Positions 14,601-27,648 of a DNA stretch of 64,000 nt are shown here, in pieces (position 1 is the stretch's first letter; every line of letters starts with the position of its first letter). The position numbers and the translations under genes were made by a program. Location of the stretch: positions 124,001 to 188,000 of the forward strand of contig JAQGDQ010000033.1 in the NCBI GenBank assembly GCA_030141605.1, in the 5' to 3' direction. Source of the DNA: Tubiluchus corallicola. Its lineage: Eukaryota > Animalia > Priapulida. The notes under the pieces are model-generated. The model ran no database searches and was not told the origin of the DNA. It saw only the letters and a program-made list of their open reading frames with translations.

Positions 14601-17600
14601 TACCACGGCTGCACAGATTTGAGCAACATTTGGCTACGATAATTGTTACTACTGCTATACAAGTGCAAGAAAGATGCAAACCTAAATTCATACGTACAAT
14701 CTGTAATGTGGGCCTTCTGAGCTAGTAATTTCTATAATAGTCCTGTTATTGGTAGTCAGTCTGTGCGAGAGTTGTGACTACTGTGTCAATGATAATGTTA
14801 ATAATTAGACAAATTTCGTAACAAATAAGAGCTATGGAATTAATTAGATGTAATGTAAAACTTGGTGTACAAATGAAATGCTTTTCAATGAGACATATAT
14901 ATTCAATTATATTTAAACGTAACAGGTTAGTGAGTGTTAGCTTCTTCCCTGTGCTTATAAAAAGTATTCCGATGTAGTAATAGTTTCTTTAATTTTTAAT
15001 TCTTTTGTAATATATGCAGCATTGTGGTTATTTGTAAATTAAATTTTGTCTGTGAGTGCACGTCAATTGAAATTTTTGTGAACTATTTACCAGTTGTCTC
15101 TGAGCGGCTTTAATAAGTCAATCTGCGTCCCTTGCTCTCTATTTTAATTTTTTAGGCTGAGAAACTGCATACACTAGTTCTGAGCACTTCTAAAATGTCT
15201 TTTGCACTTTAGAAGCAGTATGATTGGTACAAAAATATCCATTGTGTCATGGATATTATGACACATTTTATTTATTTTGTAGTTACACAGTATATTGCTT
15301 TGCTATTTTCAAGTGTTTACAGTATTTTTAAGGCTATGGTTGGGTAGTTGATGGGCAGAGTAATGTTTTAATAATACAAATTTCTGTAGCACGATGCCAC
15401 GCTAAGCCCACCTCCCAACAATACAGTGCTGAGACATGGTTCGCAGTTTGCTGTTTACGATATTACTTCAAGAAGCAAGGGTCTGAATGTGGCTGCAAAA
15501 TATATGGAAAATCAGATCATTTATCAAAAACTTCGTCCTCCAGCTCTAAGTATGACAAGATTTCTGTCAGGTGAAACAAATTTTCTGCATTGCCAACTTA
15601 GTTTAGTCAATTATATTCACGGCTCCTAGTGCAAAATTCATGAGTTTGAATCTTATCGTTGAATGCTTTCATTTGGCACCACTTCTTGAGCAGTGTGGGA
15701 CTTGAGAATACTGCAGGCATGTCTAGGCTGTATGTAACTAATACCTAAATTTTACATTTTTGACATACTTTAGTGTTATACATTATTAAAAAATTGTATT
15801 GGTTGTAATTATATACTCTGACAGTATTTCTACAAACATTTTTTTATTTACATTTTTCACACCAACAGCAAATAAAACAGTTAACAGTGTAAACTTACCT
15901 GATTATTGGTCAATTAAAATTAAAAACCACTGACAGTAAGTACCTATACTTGTTGATCTATGAGCTGAAAATTAAGCTTGCACTTGTTAGGCAACTAGCT
16001 TAGAAGCTAATTTCATTACTGAGTAGAAACATTACTGAGCTGAACCCACTGAGTGAGTGATGGTGAGTGAACTAGTGTTAGCAGTATAGGCATTTTAGCC
16101 TTCAGACTGCAAAAATTAGAAAGACGTATTTGATTAAAGCGCACATACCACTACTAAGAAGGAGACTGAAAAATAGTTTTTACCTATGTTTTAAAAGATA
16201 GTAACTATTAAGTAGCAACTTATCTGTTTTTATATAGGTCAAGGGCAGGAGGTTGGAGGTATAGTGTGCTTGATCCATAATGCAGCTAACACTGATACCA
16301 AAGTGATTTACATGGAGTCACTTCCGTGGTACATTCGAATTTACTTGCACACACTGAAGATTGAATCTAATGGTGCCATCATAATTCCTGGTAGGTTGGC
16401 AAGTTACCAAAACAATGGGATAGATTTACGATAGCATTTTAATTTACCAAAACAATTAGATAGATTTGCAACAGCATTTAACAAGCACCATATAAACAAG
16501 AACTGAATGCTGACATTTGTTCTGATTTCATTGAATTTGCAGGTATAATAATCAAGGATCATGTATAAAAATAAAGTGAAAGGTCAAGACTTGGCTGCAA
16601 TCTGTTTTTACTGTGATGGTGTAGAGCTGACTTAAATCACTTATTTGTATGATATCTAATTTGTTTAGTAAAACAGATCTATTGCAGTCTTTGCCCGTGC
16701 ATTCAAACATATTTTTAATGTAATTCAAAAATAATTTCAGCGTGAAATCACTTTACTGAGTGACAAATTGAATGAAATTAGTGGAATCAGTATTTTGATC
16801 TAGACTTGTAGCAGTTCTGTCTACTAATGGGTTATAATTTAAAAAAGCACCAGTTTATAACACTTCCTTTTTTTGTTAATAGATGTTACCACATTGCATG
16901 CATGTGCAGTTATATCTAGCACTCTTTAAAGTTACGACAGCACCAGTGTTGAGATGTGCTAGGCATGTTTCTCAAAACCAAATACAGTAGAATCCCACTA
17001 GTACAACTCGGCTTATAACAAAACTCTCAGTAGTACGACGATTTTATTATGTCACTAACAAGGTTATAATAAAACCTGTGTAAGATATTGTTGTGTTTTG
17101 TTTCTCTCGGAAGGCTCATAGAGAAAACCAGAAAACACTTCATCAAATTAAACTAGTTTATTAAGCGAGAATTCTACAACACAAAAGTATGAAGGAATGC
17201 GAAATGTTTACAGTAAATGTGAAAATCTGGAAATGTTTGAGTGTATTTGAAAATACAAGTATACAAAAGAATGTGTAAGATGCGTCCGTGTGAATCTGTG
17301 TGTTCTCCCCTCTCAGCGGCATGCTTCGCCTTATATAGTACACCGAAGAAGCTTCCAGAAGTTTTGTTCCAGAACATTCCACACGGTAAGACGATCATTC
17401 TAATGGAACGTGCTACAATGTTCTATGTAATTCTAATAGATGCCAGCGATCGCCACAACAGATATGGTAACTTCAAAACTCATTATTACAAAACCTGGCT
17501 TGTTCTAAAATGTATGGACAATAAGTTGCCTGCCACATCTACACAATTAGACAGTAGACTGTAGACACGCTTCACCTGTTGCCACAGTGACCATAACCTA

Positions 17601-20600
17601 TGGTTTATATATGTTTTTACCTCATGTATCACTGACTTTAAGAAACTAACATTGTAACTTGAAATTAGATGCAGTAAGAGTAGTGATCAGCTAATTCTTA
17701 CTTTCTCTCTACCTACCTGTCTGTTTATCTCCCCTTCTCTCCCTCTCTTTCTGTCTCTCCTCTCCCTTCCTTTCTCTGCATCAAGTTATCTTCATATCTC
17801 CAGTGTTATTTCTAATGTTTACAGATTTCTTTCTCGTTTAGCACTAGCTGTTACTGTTGGTGTATTTAGTTAATAAGGTTGTTACTTCCAGGAGGTAAGT
17901 AAAATTTTTGCAGCTGCTGTTAACCCTATGTGTAAGTTGTGTAACACAGCTTTAGGCTAGCTTATCTCAACACAGGCCAGCTGTCAAGCAATAAAATGCT
18001 GTTAGTGTGGTTCGTTAACAAACTACTGGTATGTTCACTGACATCAAAGGACGACAAGTGTAGAGAGTATATTGACATCAATGACACTTTTGCAAGTGCT
18101 TTAAATTTGCTTAACTTATAGTTTATGACATCACCTTATCATATGTCAAAATACGGTTCATGTATCACCATTATCACATAAAATAGCTAGATTTGCTGTG
18201 AGATCATTAACATCATCAATTCAATTCCTTACCATCAATTGCTATTTTTACAGGAAAGCTCATCCTTCTGGGAAGTTAGGTTTATTTCATTGTCCGATAA
18301 AAATGTTAGAAAGATTTCGTAATAAAAGTGTGATAAGCGCTTTGTGCAGTTAGTAAAATCACTTTAAAGTGGTATTATTTCACGCTTAGGTGATTCCCAT
18401 TCTGAATGCCCATTCTTCCACCAGTAACGTCATTCATCAGCTAACGAAAAGCAGTGCACTGTTAATTTCCATCAAAAGTATAGAAGTTTTTTTCAAACAA
18501 ATGAAATTTTGTAATAATTTTGCATGAATATTGGGTAAGCTGCAGAAGTTTCATTTATTTTAAGTACTGCACAAGTCACGATGCACTTGCGAAAACTAAC
18601 AAAGTTCAACAGCTACGTCATAATTTTCAAGCCAAGACTGACTACCATTGTGCCTGTAAATTTCTTTACTTTAACGTTATGCTTTACAGACATTTTTTTG
18701 CGAATTTCTTATTACATTTTTCTAACTTTATGTGATAACAGCAAAAATAAACCCAGCATGCTAAGTGACTTGTCCTTTCCTTTAAAAAACAAAGTTTCTC
18801 TGTACTGCGTTTTTCAGCTTAGGTAACTACAGTATCTAATATGCTAACCCGTTTTTTAAATTATTTTAGACTATCAGCATTATATACCAGGAAAGGATCG
18901 AGTTCGGATGAACCATTTTGAGTTGGCCTTTATTGTACCACGTCTTTCAACTACTAAGCTGACCATTGACTTTGAAATGGCATTCCTGAAGTGGACAGAA
19001 TATCCACCCGATGCAAATCATGGGTTCTATATTAATTCTGCAGTACTGACTGCTTTACTGAGGAAAGCTAGCAGTAATGAGACAGACGGAAGTCAGCACC
19101 AATTTTTGTTAGTATAAACAGTATGGGTTTTTTGATATTCAAAATTAATAAAATCAGATCAATGGCGTTTTGTTAAAATCATAATCTAATTATGAGGCTA
19201 ACTTTGTTCTTTTCTAAAAACTGTCTCTATTTCTGCTTCTTTTTTTCTGAAAAAATATTTTTTGTAGGCAAAGACAATTCTTCAGTAAAATGGTGATTAC
19301 AATGGCTGTGATTATGATGCTGATATTCCAGTTCTGGACTACCCATTACACTATAATACCCTGACTTTTCCAGTCGCTTTGTGCGAGTCTAAGATAGCCA
19401 GATTTCCTGTTTGAATTGTGATGTTAACATTTTTAACTCATCTGGTTGAATATGCTGTGTCAGTTATCCTCACTATGGCTAACAGCATGAAGAGTGAAAT
19501 GAATCTTGCTGTTTACTAATAAAGATTTTTTTATGAAATTCTTGTTTATTGATCTGTCCTTCGGATCATGAATTGATCGATTTTAATATTTCAAAAACAC
19601 ACAATTTTTATAACTAACAAGTTGTGTGTACTTTTACCGTGAAATGTTTTATCTTACAAAAAATATATTCATTGATAATTGCGCATCTTGTACTATGCAC
19701 AGTTTGTAGACACACAGTTGTGGTGTAGAAATATTGAGACTACATTTGTTTCTGTCACACGGGGTTGGAATATAGCTCCTGCTGTTGTTGCAATACAGTT
19801 TTCATTTCTGTCTGTAAGCTAAACTGTTTGTTAGTGCTCCTAATTTGCTTAATTATTGTTCATTACAGGTTTGACCTACTTGGCTCACCTCTGCTACAGC
19901 TGCATAGTGAGACATTACTTGTGTCACTACCAACACCAGATTTCAGCATGCCATATAATGTGATCTGTCTAGCATGCACAGTTGTAGCGATAGCTTTCGG
20001 CTCAATACACAATCTTACGACAAGGAGGTAAAGAATTGAAAAAGCTAATTTGTGAAATTAAAAGCAGAATAAATAATATATTGGCATAACTGCTTCTTTT
20101 AGGAAAAAGAAGATTGGTGACAAAGAAAAGGCAAATGATAGCTGATTGTTAGCTGAAGATGGTATTATCTGTAAAACTGTGTAAAAATTGAAATTTGTGG
20201 TACTATAGTTGAAGTTAATTTTTATAGTTGATACTAGTTTTTGTCTAGTTTCTTTTTTTATCTGTTGAATAATAATTACAGTTACTATGCTGCCAGTTTC
20301 TTCTGCTGTCGATCTGCTCAGGCATACATGGGTTGTGAACACATAGCACTGCTTTAGTCTTTCAGCTACCCAATGTAACTGCCATTTTCTTCTGTTTCAC
20401 AATTTACAAGTCAAGACTGTCCTTTAAGATGTTCTTACAAATAACTGTCAATGTTTGTTGGTTCATTTCTAGTGTTCAGTTTCCTTAGAATTCCAAGAAA
20501 AAATGCTTTTGCTGTTTTTCACCAAAAATTAATTTGAAAATGGGTTATTTTAAGCCACATCACTTTTTTGTTTTACTTTAAAAGTATGCAGCATCACTGC

Positions 20601-20758
20601 TTTACCAGTTGTTTTTTACTGTGCTACTAAGAATATATCTGTGCAGGTTTGTTGTTTTGGATCCCAAGAAGCCCAGAGGAATTATTGGAAAGATTAAAAA
20701 CTTCTTGAAAAACAGGAAAAAGAAGATTGGTGACAAAGAAAAGGCAAATGATAGCTGA
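5626..20758 (+). CDS. PIGT: GPI transamidase component PIG-T (11 coding exons)
   Basis: Exons 5626-5809, 8891-9068, 11338-11575, 12942-13037, 13618-13708, 13968-14062, 15390-15570, 16238-16390, 18870-19107, 19869-20027, 20647-20758, all GT-AG and phase-consistent. Signal peptide plus PIG-T motifs [91 protein letters not shown]. Confidence 0.96.
7080..7440 (-). mobile_element. 3' fragment of a non-LTR retrotransposon ORF2
   Basis: ORF 7111-7380 carries a degenerate C-terminal zinc-knuckle-like segment ([17 protein letters not shown]) typical of LINE ORF2 ends. Confidence 0.55.
10869..11296. mobile_element. hAT-like MITE with GGAGTC subterminal repeats
   Basis: Ends CATGACTGTGG / CCACAGCCCTG; 8-bp flanks TTCAAGCT / TTCAAACT; many internal GGAGTC(G) units. 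Confidence 0.75.
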
Positions 20759-20937
20759 TTGTTAGCTGAAGATGGTATTATCTGTAAAACTGTGTAAAAA
20801 TTGAAATTTGTGGTACTATAGTTGAAGTTAATTTTTATAGTTGATACTAGTTTTTGTCTAGTTTCTTTTTTTATCTGTTGAATAATAATTATAGTTACTA
20901 TGCTGCCAGTTTCTTCTGCTGTCGATCTGCTCAGGCA
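20101..20937 (+). repeat. 224-bp direct duplication of the PIGT C-terminal codons and proximal 3'UTR (20101-20324 and 20714-20937)
   Basis: Two near-identical blocks starting AGGAAAAAGAAGATTGGTGAC and ending CTGCTCAGGCA; I see one substitution. Confidence 0.95.
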
Positions 20938-21862
20938 AATTTCGTGCATAAGTAATCAACTAAATGGATGAGCGGCACAATCAGGAATTCACTCTGTTTG
21001 TCTGCATTTATTGGAGTCTGCATAATTTGTGTTACTCATCTAATGAGTAGAACTTGAGTGGACAGACTATTGATCAATTACTTTTTAATCTGAATGGTAT
21101 TCCAATGAATAGAGCCAAATAGAATGATTGCAGACTGACCATTCCCAGTGTAACCAAATTGCATCAGCAAAATTTATACCGAGAAGAAACATAAATACAA
21201 ACAGTTTAACATATACTAACACAATTTAAATTTTTCTAGTACTACAACAAACAATACTTTGATTCAATGATCATGTTATTCTGAGGTAAAATGCTAGTTG
21301 TTGCATCACTAAATGCATAAAAGATCAAAACATGTCGAAATATGTCAACGTTAATGAATGAATTTAAAATTAATTATTATCTGTTTTATTGGTGTTGTAT
21401 TTAAATACATGAACAGTTTTCCCTATACTTACTTTTAGTTATGCACTTTCGTGCGTAATGCAAGAGCATTACGCGAAAGATTAGACAAGATTTACTTCCC
21501 AAATCTCAAAGTAAGATTATTCATCGTGATATGTTTATGTATGTTAAAGCAATTTCTTTTTGTTTGGCAATTTATCTAACTAACGTGGGTCTAACCAACT
21601 GATGGTAAGCGCATGTAATCACAGTTTTCACAGCTTAATTGTAATGCAATTTTTTGTAACTTTAAATGTTTAACGTTAATTGTTTAACAAACCGATGTGC
21701 ATTCGCATGACTCAGAAATCTTTTAAACCTTTTTATAGGAATTAAGGCAACACAAGAATTTACCTTTTGTATTTCAGCCACACTAATTATAAAAATAATA
21801 TTTTTTGTCATAAAAGATAACAAGCTTTGCAGTTTAATTAAGCAAATGTCCGAATTCTCTTG

Positions 21863-22039
21863 TTATTCTTTTGTTCTTCCTCCTGTTTCCTCACATGTTT
21901 TTAGCTTCATCTTAAACTCACCAATTTCGTTTTCAAACCGATCATACCTTCGTCGCTTATTAAAAGGTTTTATCTTCCAGTAATAAACTGCCATTCCTGC
22001 TGCAGATATGCCAATGAGTGGAACTAGCACTTGAATCAT
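21863..22039 (-). CDS. 58-aa single-pass membrane small ORF directly downstream of PIGBOS1
   Basis: ATG at 22039; MIQVLVPLIGISAAGMAVYYWKIKPFNKRRRYDRFENEIGEFKMKLKTCEETGGRTKE: N-terminal TM helix, aromatic/basic flank, charged helical tail. Confidence 0.55.
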   Translation of the reverse strand: MIQVLVPLIGISAAGMAVYYWKIKPFNKRRRYDRFENEIGEFKMKLKTCEETGGRTKE

Positions 22040-22083
22040 CGTTTTCTCAATCACATCAAGTAATTTACCACTTGTTTCTTCTG

Positions 22084-22251
22084 TTAACTTTTTTGTTCCC
22101 CTTTCTTATGTGGGATTTCAGTTTGATCAGTTTGTTGCGGATTTTGCTTTGGCTCAAAGACTGGCTTCCAAATGTAGATTCCACTTGCTACACCCAGGAC
22201 AGTAACAACAAATATTTGCATGAACGAGAACCGACGAGGTGCTAAATACAT
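22084..22251 (-). CDS. PIGBOS1: PIGBOS1-like mitochondrial outer-membrane microprotein (55 aa)
   Basis: Manual translation MYLAPRRFSFMQIFVVTVLGVASGIYIWKPVFEPKQNPQQTDQTEIPHKKGEQKS matches recalled human PIGBOS1 ([31 protein letters not shown]...EEKKS) in length and TM motif. Predicted 5'UTR intron 22441-22301 (CAG|GTACTG ... TTTCAG). Confidence 0.88.
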   Translation of the reverse strand: MYLAPRRFSFMQIFVVTVLGVASGIYIWKPVFEPKQNPQQTDQTEIPHKKGEQKS

Positions 22252-23499
22252 GAGTACCTTTTCTTATATGAACAGCAGATACAGTAAAATAATTTCCATC
22301 CTGAAATGTAAATTTACTATTCATATTGTGTTTGGGTTGGATGAATCTACAAAACGTCCAATTAGATCAATAAAACTGGGAATGTGCCTATTAATAAACT
22401 GGTTATATGAAAATATCTGAAAACGTGCATTGCAACAGTACCTGCCAATCGACGGAAAAATATTACACATTAGAGATATGTAATCACACATTTACACCGG
22501 ATCTCTAGTCCTAAGTCCATGACTTTCTATGGTCGAAGCCTTTAAAGTTACAACATAATATACATAATATGATGATGTCACGATCATGTAACTTAACATT
22601 GGTTACAGGGTCGGATTAAAATGACGAAAGCTAAAACACTATTGTGTTTTATATTTGGGTACCATTCATAATCGCAGCATCATGCATCTTGCAGCAGAAA
22701 GTTGAACAAAAAATTCATATTTATGACAACAGTAAGCTATTTCAATTACCAAACATCATATGATTATCCTAAACTAGGCAATCAACATTTCTATTTGTAA
22801 CTCTTGACTATTTTCATGGTACATGTTACGTCCAGTAAATAAACTGCAACCCCAAGTACAGTTTATCTGGGAAAAGTGCGAATATAGCAAAGACGATATG
22901 ATTTAGCCATTTTAACAACTTTAACTGTAAACCGACAATTGGGGTCACTTTGATCAATTTTCGGAGTTTTCAACTTCTATCTTTTACAGTTTTGCCTAAT
23001 AATATGTGATACTCTGTTGATTGTAACACTTATTTTATATTGGCTAACAGACCTGATGCAAAGAGGCTGCCACCCTTATAATTAGTTTTTCAAAAAGTTG
23101 AAAAGTGATCAATATCACCTCGGTGTCTGGGGCTATACTTTCACATGTCCAAAGTGCCTTGCTCGCCAATGTAAGCTTACTGTTAGGGTGCCTTTGTTCA
23201 CCTATTAGGTTTTTAAAAAATGTTAAACAACACTATGCAAACTATTGAGCACTTCTCTTGTTTTTCTGTTTCAAAAACATTAATAAATAAATGTAAAACT
23301 ATAATTTTCACAATTTGTGCATTGAAATGCCATTGACTCTATGTCTAGAGTACTGAAGATGATACTGGTCATTGCAAATATCATACACAATCCATCTACC
23401 ATCTCCAATTTTATCCTGGCTTTCAGTCTTGTTTTGCACAAAACTAGCAAAAACCTACGTAAAAAATTTTGAACAAAGTCACCCATGATAGCAAAGCCA

Positions 23500-23850
23500 A
23501 CCCAGTGAATAAACCCCGTAATTTTCACAAAATAATTGTGAATTAAGGATTTAAACTTTACAAGGGTTGTTGGGGCAATCACCACAACAGGCAAATTATT
23601 CCAATCGTTCAGTAGTCTCAATGAATATTTAGGAATGTTGAGACGTGATCGCTCATTAAAACGTTTTAAACTATTGTCCTCCAGTTTTTGAATCAACAAC
23701 TAAATTAAAAAATTTCCAGGCATAATGTTTTTTCCTAGCCTGTATTTTGTAACCCTCAATAAGATCTCCATGATGTCTTCTTAATTCAAGTGTGGTCAAA
23801 TTGCAATATTTCAGTTTTTCTAAATGTGTGAAACTTTGACAACCAAATAA
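23500..23850 (-). mobile_element. CR1-like LINE 3' remnant
   Basis: Degenerate ORF2 C-terminus SLRLLNDWNNLPVVVIAPTTLVKFKSLI. Confidence 0.6.
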
Positions 23851-23897
23851 TTTTTATTCTTACTACCTAGAATTAATAAACATTCTAGTACAAAATA

Positions 23898-24789
23898 CAG
23901 TAGGCACAGATTAATACTCACGGTTAGTAGACTCAATCGCTTAATTGACTCAAAAACGCCTGGAACGTGTCGCTTCTATTCAAATATACATAAAAACTAT
24001 CATTAATTGACTCAAATAACTCCACATGATTGACTCAATATTTTTCCTTCACCTACTTAAGATAAGATATTTGTATGTGCCCAAAGAGCCTTTCCTACTT
24101 TTATGTCATCTTTACTTCCCTTTTGTGCACTATGTATATAGAAACAATCATGTTAAGTACCGTTTTATTTGTAAGGAGGTACGTTTATCATGCGCTAATA
24201 CGCTAGCCTAGTGGTTTTCCTTTGAATCTGTTACCCGCTCGCCCACTGTTACCGAAAGAATTTCTGGAAGCTAAACATTTAATCACTTGCCTAGCGGTTT
24301 CCTTTTGTTCTTGTTATAACTCATGTCAAGAGTAAACGTCGTACAGCAAATAAGAGCAATGTAAGTGAGCAGACGATTCAGAACTGTCACGCACAACAAC
24401 AGATTTTCAACGTTTTTATAATTACGAGAACTATGTGGGCCAACTTCTTCGCGAGAAAATGAAGCAGCCGACTTTGAAGGAATTTTTGTAATTTTTGCAA
24501 ATAAACAGACTTTGAAAAGTCTGTGATTTAGACAAGTATACTTTTTGATTTATTGCTACTTCACTTATATAAATTAATATTTTAAAATACTTTTCCTAAT
24601 TTTTAATTGCACGAAGGAATTTAGGCATTAGTCATTACTTCGTTTCTAAAATTCATTAAAAACCTTTGCAGTGCATAGTAAGCAGATGACTCATACTTCT
24701 ATACCTGTAATACTACACCTATCGGTTAAATGGGTCAAAACGCGTCGGTCCCAAAGTGAGTCTATTATAGTATTAAGCGGCGCATACTG
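23898..24789. mobile_element. Tc1/mariner-like MITE
   Basis: TA|CAGTAGGCACAGATTAATAC ... GTATTAAGCGGCGCATACTG|TA: imperfect TIRs with TA TSD. Confidence 0.7.
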
Positions 24790-26799
24790 TAACATTATTC
24801 TACCTAGTATTACGACACTGTTTTACTGAAAACATTTTGAAATTAAATTATTCTAGTTTCTTACTCCTAGACCTTTCTATTTTAGCTACCAATAAATAAA
24901 AAAACAAAGCAAACGACAGACACCGCAAAAATCACATTCCCATCGCAAATTTCATGAACAGGCTGAGAGCAAAACGACTCTCGTTGACCTCGGCAGTAAC
25001 AGAAATCTTATTGTTTGTACTCACATAAAAGAGTCGTTAATTAAACAGCAGTGGGAACTTCTTTATCGTGAAGTTGAATTACTATAAGGACAAAAATGGG
25101 ATGCTAAATTTGGTCATTTTTTAAAATTCAGCTGGGGAACAAAGTAAAGTAAAAGTAAAAAGTTCTGGCGTATTATAAATAATACTGCGATATTATTGTG
25201 GAATGTATAATATTGTGACAAAGGTTTTATCCTTGTAACTTGGACTTGGAGGTGCAGCTAATATGCTTCGTATTTGAAAAGTTTAAATGATGCATAATGT
25301 AAGCCACAACTTTTTTCCCACAAGCATCAATTCTCCTATGTTAGTGTAACTGAACTTTAAATAACTATGGAAGTTTTTGCTGAATCAATCAAAGTGGTTT
25401 ATTTATGATATTGCAGCAATGATCAGGCTGAAATAACAACAACAAAATAATTACATATAATACTGCCATACCGCATAAGTACAAATATAAATGTTTCGAA
25501 TCATGCTAATTTAAGAATTGTTCCTTTAATCGCAAAAGTATAACTGCAAATAATATACCGTTCTAAATGTTAAACATCTGCTCGACACTGCATGGAGTTC
25601 TTATTGTTAAATGTGTTAAGAATTGCCTCGTGGCAAACAGCAATACGGGTGCTCTTCATATGGTGAAATCTTCAAGATCCTCTAAACTTTACATAGGTTT
25701 GCTTATTTTTGAGAACCAGAACATCAGATTTTCAGTAGTTATTACAGCTAGCAGCCTACGTATTATTGTTATGACACGTGTTACTGTTTTCTTAAAAATA
25801 ACCTGACAATAACAAAATAATATTAATATTTTGTATTCATTTATATATTTATTGTTTATGAAGATTCCAGAGTCTCTGCATATCAATACATAGACAGAAA
25901 GAAGTCATGCTGCATTTATTCCTGCAAAACTGCTTTAAATTGTTTAAGAATCTTCCTTGCATTCCATGTTAAAGATACTAGTACAAAAACTAAAGCACTA
26001 ATAACACATCACAGGTAAGACAGAATAAATTAAAATCAATAACAAAAATCAACCAACACCTATACCATTCAATTTAATGCAATGGTTAAATTTAACCTGT
26101 CCTGAAACATCAACCACCATTTAATTCATTTATGAAGTATTGATTGACATGATTGGTTGAAAGAAAAATCAAATAATTTCGAAGGCCTATAATTTCTCAA
26201 AAAAGAAACTGGCACATTCTTTTTTAATTGTTTTAGCTGGTGGTAGCTAAATTGCTTTCCATTTTAACAATATGCTGTTAACTCCGAACCAACGGGTCAA
26301 CTTGCAACTTTTTTTAACATTTTAAAACAAAAATTTAATAATATTTCACAATGGAGATAATGTGTAGTATTTTACAGACAGAGTTGTTGTGGTTAATTAA
26401 GACTGTTGTAAACTCCTATAAATGGTAATATCTTTGTTATACTGTACTTTTAGCAGTATATGTAGTTCATTCGATAATAGAGGATACGCACGCAAAAACT
26501 CGAAGCACGTTAACACAGCATATCTAGCTTGAATGTTATAAATAATTAGAATTTGCAAAATTTAACTGAACAATGTATAGTTCTAAGTAGTAATGCGGTC
26601 TGAAAATATAACACGTTGAGTAAAACTTGTACGTACGTGTACTGGGTACAAAAACTTAAATAAGTAAAATATATTTCAGAATTATTAGAAATTAATGCAT
26701 AATGCACTTTGTATAGTCATTCATTTTGTGTTTTCAGAAAGCACACAAATAATCAAGTAACTGGTTTCTATCACACTAAAATAAACATAATAGTTGAAA

Positions 26800-27648
26800 T
26801 TAGTCTTCACTACCTGTAGTTAAGAGTTTAAGGCATTTTTGTAAGTTTTCAATGGCAGTTGTCGCATCTTCATATTGAATCGCACTTCCAGCAAATTTGC
26901 ACAGCTTTTGCGCTCTGGCAAAATCTGAGGGACCCAACTTTACACCCTCTAAAGGACTTGCAGTTTTTCTGGGTGCTGCAACTGGCTGCTGAGGTGTGTC
27001 GTTTGTAACCTGCGTTCCGCCTGGTATTCCGGAAACATCTGTCTGCGAAGGCTCAGAAGGTAAATATAAATCAATGTGTGGTTGGGATGAAGTTCCAGGT
27101 ACACCGCCTCCTGCTACTGGTATGTTAAATTCGTCATCTTCGCTATCAATTGGTCCAGGATGTGGTACTTCTCCATTTTTCAAACAATTATGTATGTAAG
27201 CAGCCTTCCATTTTGCATACTTGCGGTGATTTTCAATTTCATCTGTAAGTTCACCGAAATTCTGAAGGACATCAAACAGCATTCCAGCAGTGTAAAAAGA
27301 TTTTACAACATTCTTGTTAAAATGACATGCTCGATCTTCTGTATCTGCCCACAAAAACATTTTCAATGCATAATTTTCAACATGGGCTTGACCAACAACT
27401 TCACTACGAATTGACTCATTGTCCTGCAGCTGTTGCTTCATATTTTCCAGCAGGCTCATTAAACTTGATAAAAATGCATAACATTCTTTTGCTTTTGAGT
27501 TGATCTTCATGCCTAACTGCAGAGCATACAGTAAACAATAGTAAGTTATAACCAAATCACGTTTTTCATGTTCTGATGCAGTTTTTACGTAGTGCTGAAG
27601 TGGTTTGAATGTAGGTGGGATAGTTGGAAGATTAGCCATAGAAGCCAT
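26800..27648 (-). CDS. VTA1: Vacuolar protein sorting-associated protein VTA1/LIP5 (intronless CDS)
   Basis: 282 aa; N-terminal MIT region (EHEKRD...YYC.LYA, VVKSFYTAGMLFDVL, KYAKWKAAYIHNCLKNGE) and C-terminal VSL region (AQKLCKFAGSAIQYED...LKLLTTG). Probable 5'UTR acceptor near 27768. Confidence 0.96.
   Translation of the reverse strand: MASMANLPTIPPTFKPLQHYVKTASEHEKRDLVITYYCLLYALQLGMKINSKAKECYAFLSSLMSLLENMKQQLQDNESIRSEVVGQAHVENYALKMFLWADTEDRACHFNKNVVKSFYTAGMLFDVLQNFGELTDEIENHRKYAKWKAAYIHNCLKNGEVPHPGPIDSEDDEFNIPVAGGGVPGTSSQPHIDLYLPSEPSQTDVSGIPGGTQVTNDTPQQPVAAPRKTASPLEGVKLGPSDFARAQKLCKFAGSAIQYEDATTAIENLQKCLKLLTTGSED

Noticed and set aside
20058-20949. Pair of similar minus-strand ORFs suggesting a gene family
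   Set aside because: Both are antisense readings of the 224-bp PIGT duplication.
26996-27414. Antisense ORFs over VTA1 (and 44176-44481 over XLF)
   Set aside because: Shadow frames of real CDSs with no recognisable protein features.
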